Part shown: one piece after another, positions 30,601 to 38,003 of the stretch
Layout: each line of letters opens with the position of its first letter
Numbering within the stretch: the first letter of the stretch is position 1
Virus record (IMG/VR): IMGVR_UViG_2974723051_000001
Coordinates: 1-64,000 of that record
Length of the DNA: 64,000 bases
Reading direction: 5' to 3' (one strand)
Source: a virus
Lineage: Duplodnaviria; Caudoviricetes
The notes under the pieces: model-generated
Told to the model about the DNA's origin: nothing
Databases searched by the model: none
Seen by the model: only the letters and a program-made list of their open reading frames with translations
Made by a program: the position numbers and the translations under genes

Positions 30601-32329
30601 TTCGGAAATTGATAAGTAGTTCTTTGATAACCTCAGAGGAACGGATGTCCATTGATACAATCGTAGCATCTTTATCAGAACTAAAGGAAACCGTAGGGTT
30701 CTCAACTTGAGAACTATAATCAGAATGAATTACTTTCTCTTGAGGATTACCATAAGCTCTAATAAATGCCTCATCTTTATTGGCTGAAATGGCCTGCGTA
30801 AGTACCTTATACGTTTTAGGGTCATCTAGAGGACTTATTAATATTCCGTGACCATCAGAAGAAATATTTACATCCCCTAAATAAAAACCTGAAGGCTCCG
30901 CAATAGTTTGCTCAGCAATCTTACGTATACCAGATGCTTTTAAAGCATTGTCAGTACTATCCCAATAAGGTATATCACCTTGGTTTAGGTTTGATATATC
31001 TAAATCATTAGAGTTACTTAAAGGAAGATTATGAAAACCAACAGAACCAGTATTATCTGTACCATAGTATTTGGAATTGCCAGCTTGGTCTGCACCTGTT
31101 AATTTATCCGCTAAATCTACTGCACCATCATCATTAGAATCAAGTCTTTCGATATCTTTAGTAGTAGTTACTGTAAGGTCTGACCAGTCAGTGAAGTATG
31201 TAGTAAAAGCAGGGATAAGCTGATTACCAAAACCAGTCCCACCTTTAAGTACTACATCTGAACCATCAGTACTATGTATCTTAACCCTATACGTATTACC
31301 CGCCCTAAAGTCAGCAGGGTTATAAAAATCTATATGATGTTTACCAGCAGTTAAATCACCTAAAGCAATAGACCAAATATCTTCATCGGTTACTACATCA
31401 GTAACATGTATTTCAATATTTGTAGCATCTTGTGCTAATTCAATATCACAACCAAAGTTAGTGATATTATCTACAACAGGTATAGTAAAGGAAGGATTAG
31501 TTAAATCTTGGTCATTAACTGTTTGAATAGGGTTAGTCTTAGCTGTCCCGTACTTACGTATATAACCTGTATCTTTGTTATATCCTACTTCTTGCCATAA
31601 GGGTGCATATATCTGTTTGCTAACTTTATTAGTTACCATAAGATTTTCAGCACTACTAGATAAGGTATGTGAACCTAAATCAAGTGAACTAGGTTCTAAA
31701 CTTAATGAACCATCATCGTTAGACTTAACACCGGAATTAACAAACTTTTGCGCTGAAGCGTCCCATTTGATTAATGCATTGTCGGTTAGTGTAGATACAT
31801 CAATATTACCCCCACCTGCACCAACAGGTGTATGCCAACCTAATACTCCGTTAGAGTTTTTACCATAGTACTCACCAGCATTAGCTGAATCCGCACCTGC
31901 AACTTTTTCAGCAGAATCTACAATACCATTATCATCAGTATCATAGACTGATTTATTCATATCTCCATATTGGAGAGGAACCTTAGAAGGGTCTATTTCA
32001 GTTGTTCTTGGTTCGATAAATAACTCACCTTGTCTATCAGTATAAATTTTACCATTAGGGGCAGTCAGTTTAATATCGTAAAAATAAGGTTTGGAATGGC
32101 CCTTACCCAGTGTAGATGCACTAGGAAATACCACATTGTATTCTCCGGCAGTTCCATTAGTAATTACTCCCTGCACATCCAATATGGAATACCGAGATGC
32201 CATACTAATCCTTGCCTGAAGTGTGACAGTATATCCGGTAATGTTACCCATACCTGCCTTAAAAGGTATAGTTATATCATCACCTTCGTATACCTCAATA
32301 GTATCCTTGATAGGTATATATCCAGTCAT
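27602..32329 (-). CDS. Large tail fibre / receptor-binding protein
   Basis: 1575 aa; BppU-like N-terminus; internal duplication of about 265 aa; beta-rich. Confidence 0.75.
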   Translation of the reverse strand: MTGYIPIKDTIEVYEGDDITIPFKAGMGNITGYTVTLQARISMASRYSILDVQGVITNGTAGEYNVVFPSASTLGKGHSKPYFYDIKLTAPNGKIYTDRQGELFIEPRTTEIDPSKVPLQYGDMNKSVYDTDDNGIVDSAEKVAGADSANAGEYYGKNSNGVLGWHTPVGAGGGNIDVSTLTDNALIKWDASAQKFVNSGVKSNDDGSLSLEPSSLDLGSHTLSSSAENLMVTNKVSKQIYAPLWQEVGYNKDTGYIRKYGTAKTNPIQTVNDQDLTNPSFTIPVVDNITNFGCDIELAQDATNIEIHVTDVVTDEDIWSIALGDLTAGKHHIDFYNPADFRAGNTYRVKIHSTDGSDVVLKGGTGFGNQLIPAFTTYFTDWSDLTVTTTKDIERLDSNDDGAVDLADKLTGADQAGNSKYYGTDNTGSVGFHNLPLSNSNDLDISNLNQGDIPYWDSTDNALKASGIRKIAEQTIAEPSGFYLGDVNISSDGHGILISPLDDPKTYKVLTQAISANKDEAFIRAYGNPQEKVIHSDYSSQVENPTVSFSSDKDATIVSMDIRSSEVIKELLINFRNADNENIWAETFFNLEAGSNTLTLATPPDVLSGEVVTLTFSGKDHADNPIKMDGTGSTPYLKLNLMQWVEKKIATEEYVNSGVNSIETIVEDTDRRVDNLDTTMSALSQRVGELQSFFVFRGKTLPVFPNIAQSGYFSVLHDLTKNEVLSLPNQGRHYDGALFFLKNEDKTHTVTLIAPTGLTINGGTSINLPPQNTLWLVHNNTDWVVLMSGFVPTSYDSFIADIKSHVANASLGITVDDGVNNFGDIDLLKLKGITATRPDGDSIDSVTLTAATTWGTLGDASSNAKGSIVLAEPPLQSYADPDDADAVRLRLQEGTFEAIHAPGYLAYLNTDIVIIGKTHTATSHADGAIYPTDIVVDNGTYIVKDMKAKAIGLQEADQGDPNVTGGTDYLVAFRIALEGEAPADGFVQIYLAEKAEFGQPVKYLEDSNGHPLVVRRYYHLGDKLGSLETVGVVNAKGLKEFTMHVVDSFDKDDITIMPRDRGVSGVMVQALLPTSKSGLASLQYEVDTEQNIEFTRYYMGNEMTNIDWLSSYVMPLSEGTGGEGADFPDGLHLNNISNLMVGFVDGRMVLKDNGSNMVDFVFGKIEDAVPTYAMREKVLSVKLALTNKDAAFRVALLQWTGKPDEYTQELFTTRSGGAPAFQSGWSLVDSLFIPKDVANEDHEVTHEFTVPKTAVNYAVVIYPESVQQPTELKLKTFNVGAKDPFYFYHIHQSRKLNELHLEYDNEFYESVQDATGLYSLRYTLGDAADGNPVPCGTHRKGKADITLDPMVNQIPGSSASGGEGALKFGKDGQATVNTLLNIASEQAQASNHPTEFWWVTVASDGTMSEIPDSRTSFPISGSSSGMYSMTPFTFAVKAGDRIALRAKSDMPDGAYLISVADKVPLVDVSINFKELTEPTEDDPFANIDLHQFDHIYTNSLTVTKDVGNVSSVTFPITIEDTDHLVVLGAVKQLPNNSIRPVKALDWDYNNEDHTLKVSFGETVLIGRVTLGIYRD

Positions 32330-32520
32330 ACATTAGTCCTTTAATAGTGCTGGAATAGCTTTTATTACGGCTGTCCCAGCCGTGGGATGGTTTTGCTATT
32401 AACGTATTCCTTACGTAACAGCTCCGAGAATTATGCACCATTAATTTTAACTTTGAAAGTCAACTCCGTTGACTGCTTTGAAAACTTTTATTTACTTTAT
32501 TTCTAATTGGAGAAAACAAA

Positions 32521-32910
32521 ATGTCATTACAACGTGTAAACCTAAAAACTGCTGAAAAATACGCTAAAGCTGCAATCCAAGCTAAACGTGTACCATATGT
32601 TGCCGGTTCTCCGGGCTGTGGTAAATCAGCAATGTTTGCCGCTATCGCTAAACAAGCGAACCTCAAGATGATTGATATTCGTCTTGCACAAGAAGACCCA
32701 ACTACTATCAATGGTTTCCCATCACTTGATGCAGGCCGTTCTAAGTACTTGCCACCAGCTCTATTTCCACTTGAAGGTGATGAGCTACCGGTTGACCCTG
32801 CTGTATTCGATGCAGATGGTAACCTTGTTAAACCTGAGCACAAGTACCGTGGTTGGTTGGTATTCTTCGATGAGCTACCATCAGCTCCACGTTCTGTTCA
32901 AGCTGCTGCT
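32521..32910 (+). CDS. AAA+ ATPase (N4 gp24-like, MoxR-type), exon 1
   Basis: Walker A GSPGCGKS; Walker B LVFFDE. Confidence 0.9.
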
Positions 32911-33817
32911 TAATTATAGGCATTCATACTGGTGACAGTATGTCTAAAATTACCTAAAACGGGAAACTCTATAAATCATTTTATATTTGCTTGTACTGTA
33001 CAAGCAACTACAATATGATAATAGACAATCCGTTACTAAATAGGTTAATTATGATTGAAACTTGGAAACCAATACCAAACTATGAAGATAAATATGAGAT
33101 ATCTGATTTAGGGAATATTAGGAGTATTACCCGACAAGCAAGAACCAAAGGAAATAGTACTAGAACTATTCAAGGTAAATTACTTAAACAGCAGATAAAT
33201 CATAGAGGGTATTCCATTATCGGATTATCTACAGGAAAGTCAGTTAAAACTTTCACTGTACATCAATTAGTAGGTTTGGCCTTTATTCCAAATTTCATTA
33301 AAGGAACACAATTAAATCATATAGATGGTAACAAGCAAAATAATGCTTTAACTAATCTAGAATCGTCTGATAGTTCTCATAACCAGCTTCACGCTGTAAG
33401 AACAGGTTTAAAAACCAAATCGGGTAAGTCACGATTTAATAATGTAACTTTCGTTAAGAATCCTAGAGCCAAGAAGAAATGGGCAGCATCTATAAGACAT
33501 GCTGGTAAATCTTCGTATGGTTGGAAAACATTTGATACAGAAGAACAAGCTGCAAAACATGTAGATAAGCTTCTAGATTCAATTGGGGATACTGAACGTA
33601 ATCGTAATTTTCCTTAAATGTCCAACGACTATCCCTCGGTCACACAGCTTTAAAAAGTGACAATAGGAGTACGGCCCAAGTATATGGGGCGGGTGAGAAT
33701 CCCTTAAATGGAAATGGTAATCATCTCTATGAGATGTTGATATAGTCTGCTCTATACGGTGACGTATAGCTGTGAGAAATCACGGGGAGAGTGTTACGAA
33801 CTCTCTCGAACACAAGG
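32911..33817 (+). mobile_element. Group I intron in the AAA ATPase gene
   Basis: P1 UGCU/GGCA with U.G; P10 UUAUA/UAUAA; core CAACGACTA (about 33623) and GATATAGTCT (about 33739); terminal G; splicing gives VQAAAYKIILDR. Confidence 0.9.
33051..33617 (+). CDS. Intron-encoded NUMOD4-HNH-AP2 homing endonuclease
   Basis: ETWKPIPNYEDKYEISDLGNIRS (NUMOD4); VHQLV...NHIDGNKQNN (HNH); KWAASI...FDTEEQAA (AP2). Confidence 0.9.
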   Translation: MIETWKPIPNYEDKYEISDLGNIRSITRQARTKGNSTRTIQGKLLKQQINHRGYSIIGLSTGKSVKTFTVHQLVGLAFIPNFIKGTQLNHIDGNKQNNALTNLESSDSSHNQLHAVRTGLKTKSGKSRFNNVTFVKNPRAKKKWAASIRHAGKSSYGWKTFDTEEQAAKHVDKLLDSIGDTERNRNFP

Positions 33818-34525
33818 TATAAAATCATTCTTGACCGTCTGATTGGTAACACTCCACTGCATGAAAACTGTTTCCTTGCAGCAGCGGGTAACCTTCTAAC
33901 AGATGGTGCTATCGTAAATGAAATTGGTACTGCTCTACGTTCTCGTATGATTCACATTCATGTTGAGTCTACGCCTGACCAGTACATCGAACTAGCGGCT
34001 ACTAAGCTTAAGCTAGACCGTCGTATCATCTCGTACTTAGCGTACCAGAAGAAGAACGTTAACAACTTTGCACAGTTCCAGAACGGTTCATCTGACGAAA
34101 CATTTGCGTGTGAGCGTACTTGGGAATTCGTATCAGATATCCTTGCGCAAGTTGCGCCAAACCAAGAATCACCTGTTCCTGCTGAATGGACTAACCTACT
34201 TGCTGGTACTGTTGGTTCAACTGCGGCTGAATTCGTAACGTTTACTGAAGCGTTCAAAGACCTACCAACATTTGCAGATATCATCAAAGACCCTAAAGGT
34301 GCGATGATTCCAAACAAAGCACCAGTAATGTGGCTGCTTACAGGTATGCTAGTTGGTAATGCAGACCTAACCAACCTAGACGAAATCATGGACTACGTTA
34401 ACCGCCTACCTCGCGAATTCCAGTTTGTAACTGTGAAAATGCTGTGGGGTAAAGATGACGAGTTCCTAACAAACAGTAAAGTTGAAAAGACGTTCGACCA
34501 AATTGGCGACCTTCTAATCGGCTAA
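33818..34525 (+). CDS. AAA+ ATPase exon 2
   Basis: YKIILDR, AAAGN (sensor 1), ALRSRM (Arg finger), ERTWE. Confidence 0.9.
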   Translation, partial: YKIILDRLIGNTPLHENCFLAAAGNLLTDGAIVNEIGTALRSRMIHIHVESTPDQYIELAATKLKLDRRIISYLAYQKKNVNNFAQFQNGSSDETFACERTWEFVSDILAQVAPNQESPVPAEWTNLLAGTVGSTAAEFVTFTEAFKDLPTFADIIKDPKGAMIPNKAPVMWLLTGMLVGNADLTNLDEIMDYVNRLPREFQFVTVKMLWGKDDEFLTNSKVEKTFDQIGDLLIG

Positions 34526-34571
34526 TTCAAATAGGCTCACAAACGTGAGCCTTATTTTTATATTGGAGAAA

Positions 34572-35804
34572 ATGGTAATGGACCAAGAAAAACTTTCTAG
34601 TGCGGCAGATAAAATCTCTCGCAACTTAATGCAGCTAATGCGTACCTCTCACAATACATTTGTAGTTAATGTACTTCTAAATCTAACTCGCGAACCTTCA
34701 GAAAACATCGAAAACGGGATGACTCTGGAAGGTACAACATTGAAGTACGACCCAGCGTTTATTCTCGACAAATCGGATAAAGAAGTGCAGTTCGCTTTAA
34801 TGCATATTACTTGGCACATTCCTTTCTTCGATATGCTTCGTGCTCAAGCCAAAGACGATAAAGAGATTTGGAACCAAGCAGCAGACAACTACAACAACCT
34901 GATGATTAAGAATGAATCATCTAATGGTGTTGATGTTCCTGATTGGGCTGAATGTCAGAAGCGTTTCAACGGTAAAGAGAAAGATGAAATCTATGACATC
35001 TTACTCAAAGAGAAGGAAGAACAAGAGCAACAAGACCCTAACGGCGGTGGTGGAGGTCAAAGCAATGACCCACTAGCCGGTGACTTAGGTGGCCAAGGAC
35101 AACCAGATAATGACGGTGACGGGGATGGTGAAGGTCAACAGCCTCAAATGTCTCAGCAACAAATGGAAGAACTACAACAGCAAATGGAATCCATCGTGCA
35201 ACAAGCTGCGATGCAAACCAAAATGGCTGGTGGTGATGTTCCTAACAATGTTGAGAACTGGCTTGAAGAACTGTACAACCCTAAACTTCCTTGGGACCGT
35301 ATACTAGCTAAGTATATGGATGACTACTCAACGGATGACTACTCTTACCAAAAGGTAAATAAGAAGTTCTTCCCTCACGGTATTCTACTTCCTACTACTT
35401 TCTCTGAAGGTCTAGGTGAAATCGTTATTGCTAATGATGAATCTGGTTCTGTATCCGATGATGAGTATAAAACTTATCTAGGTGCAATCCATGATATTCA
35501 TGACCGCTTGAACCCAGCGGGTATGCACATTCTTAACTTCACTACAAAGATTGTAAGTGAACATAAGATTGAGCGTGATGATGATATCAACAAGATTAAC
35601 TTCCGTGGATGCGGTGGTACGCATATACCTTGTGTCTTTGACCATATTGAAAAGACAGGTATGAAACCACAAGTTCTAATTCTATTTTCCGATATGGAAT
35701 CCCCTATGCCAACCAAAGCACCTAACTACGATACTATTTGGATAAGCGTTAACAATCCTAGATTTAAGCAACCGTTCGGACGTTGTATTCATATCGAGGT
35801 ATAG
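34572..35804 (+). CDS. Metallopeptidase-like / vWA protein (N4 gp25-like)
   Basis: Peptidase-like N-terminus, Q/G/D linker, MIDAS DESGS, GCGGT, LFSD. Confidence 0.85.
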   Translation: MVMDQEKLSSAADKISRNLMQLMRTSHNTFVVNVLLNLTREPSENIENGMTLEGTTLKYDPAFILDKSDKEVQFALMHITWHIPFFDMLRAQAKDDKEIWNQAADNYNNLMIKNESSNGVDVPDWAECQKRFNGKEKDEIYDILLKEKEEQEQQDPNGGGGGQSNDPLAGDLGGQGQPDNDGDGDGEGQQPQMSQQQMEELQQQMESIVQQAAMQTKMAGGDVPNNVENWLEELYNPKLPWDRILAKYMDDYSTDDYSYQKVNKKFFPHGILLPTTFSEGLGEIVIANDESGSVSDDEYKTYLGAIHDIHDRLNPAGMHILNFTTKIVSEHKIERDDDINKINFRGCGGTHIPCVFDHIEKTGMKPQVLILFSDMESPMPTKAPNYDTIWISVNNPRFKQPFGRCIHIEV

Positions 35805-36033
35805 CATGGAATACTGCCTTAAACAGAAAGGGAAAGATGCAATACCTTACTCAAAGAGAGGGTTACTCTGTGTGTTTGAGAGTGTTGATGCAGCCGTAGA
35901 ATTTCGTAAGGGCTTACCTATGCACTTACAACAAGAATACACTGTGGAACCCTGCGAAGTAACAGTACTATTCTTAAACAACAAATAACTAATTGGGTTC
36001 CTACGGGAACCCATTTTTTATAGTGAGCTTAGT

Positions 36034-36392
36034 ATGGAATTACTTAAAACATATTCCCGTAAAAATACTACATTACACATCTATTTCGACTGGAAAGATA
36101 AAGGATATGTACTCGATAAATTACAGAATAATTTATACTCTTTTGAATTATCATCTGGTACACCACCTGTAGAAGAAGAAAGACACATGTATAGGGTTAA
36201 ACAATGAATTTACTCCCTACCTATGAACATAAAGCTGGTAGTACCTATGGAGATGTAATGTTTGATTATCGTGATGAAGCTTTGAACTTCCAAATTAAAA
36301 TACATGCATGGCTTGTGTTCAATATATTCGATGATGAAATCACCCCCGCCGATGAAGATGCCAACTTTAAGAGAATAACCAATAATGCTTAA
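36034..36392 (+). repeat. Two outlying micro-ORF family members
   Basis: 36034 MELLKTY...IYFDWKDKGY and 36204 MNLLPTY...VMFDYRD, directly after the terminator at 35995-36019. Confidence 0.7.
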
Positions 36393-37539
36393 TGACCAAC
36401 AAGAGATAGTCTTGAAACGACTATCTATATTCTTAGCACGTCCTAGTGCTAAGGATATTATTATTGATGCTCCTGCTGGATGTGGTAAAGGATATCTACT
36501 AAACCATATCCATAACAATGAAGCAGCAATCACTGAAAAAGTGAGGTTACTGGATGACCATTTTACCGGTGTATTTGTTTACACCGCAACAACTAACGAA
36601 GCTCTTGGAGTTCTTCCCACAAGTGCAAGCACCATATATTCATATGCCGGGCTTAGACCGAAGTACCCCACAGGGTTTAATACCCGTGGTAGACCTGTCA
36701 AAGATGCACCTATCATCTTCGTAGATGAAGCATCCTATATTGGTAAAGAAGCACACGATGCTATTCGCTATCAACTACCTAATGCCAAGATAGTCTGGGT
36801 AATGGATGAGTTCCAGTTAGCTGATGTGAAAGAAGGTAAAGCTTACGTAGCTCAACTTGGTTTCGAAAAGTTAACTATGAATAAGGTTATGCGTAGTACT
36901 GGGCGAATCCAAGAGATATCTCATGTACTTCGTGAAGCTGTACGTGCTGAGCAAGAAGTTGATTTACGTCAGTTTGATGACGGGAACCAGATAGTCTTAC
37001 TTAGCCCTTCTGACTTCGATAAGAAGATAATTGAAGAGTACAAGAAAAGTAGAATGGATTGTCGTTACCTAGCATTCAATCGTGAGATAGTTAAGCAATA
37101 CAATAATGCTATCCATAAGCATGTATTTGGCCATCCTGATTTCCCACATGCACACGCTTCAGCAATCATTAACAAGTATAATGAGAATGTTGGTTTGCGT
37201 TGTGGAACTCATGTAGGTATTCGAAAGGTTACCACTAAACAAGTACTGCTTGATAAAGGTCATGTGATTACAGAGACACATCTCGAAACCAATAAAGATA
37301 CTCTCATCTTATGTGACGACAAAGTACCTAAAGGTATCTACAATCCTAATCGATTCCTATATTCAGATATTGCACTACCATATGGATGTACCGTGCATAA
37401 GTCTCAAGGACAATCTATTCCTAATATCTTTCTGGATTTACCTAATATTGAAAGCTGTTTCAGTGCTGAAATGCGTAGACGTTTGCGTTACGTAGGTTGG
37501 TCCAGAGCTAGTAATAAAATCTATATGAAGGACTATTAA
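36385..37539 (+). CDS. SF1 (Dda/RecD-like) DNA helicase
   Basis: APAGCGKG, FVDEAS, TVHKSQGQS, YVGWSRA. Confidence 0.88.
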   Translation: MLNDQQEIVLKRLSIFLARPSAKDIIIDAPAGCGKGYLLNHIHNNEAAITEKVRLLDDHFTGVFVYTATTNEALGVLPTSASTIYSYAGLRPKYPTGFNTRGRPVKDAPIIFVDEASYIGKEAHDAIRYQLPNAKIVWVMDEFQLADVKEGKAYVAQLGFEKLTMNKVMRSTGRIQEISHVLREAVRAEQEVDLRQFDDGNQIVLLSPSDFDKKIIEEYKKSRMDCRYLAFNREIVKQYNNAIHKHVFGHPDFPHAHASAIINKYNENVGLRCGTHVGIRKVTTKQVLLDKGHVITETHLETNKDTLILCDDKVPKGIYNPNRFLYSDIALPYGCTVHKSQGQSIPNIFLDLPNIESCFSAEMRRRLRYVGWSRASNKIYMKDY

Positions 37540-37986
37540 ATGAATTGTGCTATCGACAAAGCATCCATGAAGGAGCGAATGATACAACGGTTATTCTTAG
37601 GCCGAATCAAGAAGGCTAAGAAAGAATACCGTGAAGCTGTAAAAGGAACTCCTTACGAAACTCAATGTGTACACTACCGTAACAACACATTCAATCCATT
37701 GGATATCAAACCAAGAGATATCACTGGTGTTTATCAGATTGATGAAGGTAGTGAACATGGTAAAGCCTTAAATCGTTTGATTCGAGTTATGGACTCTATC
37801 AAAGAAACTGAAGGTCACTTGGTTTATATTCTCAACTTCGTTGAGCGTGCCGGTGAATTTGAATACATCCTAGGTGAATCTACAAAGGAACCTACTCGTA
37901 AAGAGGAATGTGATGAATTCAAAGTAACCGCTGAAGACAAACTTAAAGTAATTAGAAGGCTTAAGCTACTAGCCGAAGTTGCTTAG
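37540..37986 (+). CDS. Hypothetical protein between helicase and polymerase
   Basis: 148 aa; position as in N4-like phages. Confidence 0.7.
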   Translation: MNCAIDKASMKERMIQRLFLGRIKKAKKEYREAVKGTPYETQCVHYRNNTFNPLDIKPRDITGVYQIDEGSEHGKALNRLIRVMDSIKETEGHLVYILNFVERAGEFEYILGESTKEPTRKEECDEFKVTAEDKLKVIRRLKLLAEVA

Positions 37987-38003
37987 TAGATTAGTCTGAG
38001 GAG

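Noticed and set aside
33791-33817. GTG start for a separate 244-aa ATPase fragment
   Set aside because: These codons lie in the intron 3' end; the exon starts at 33818
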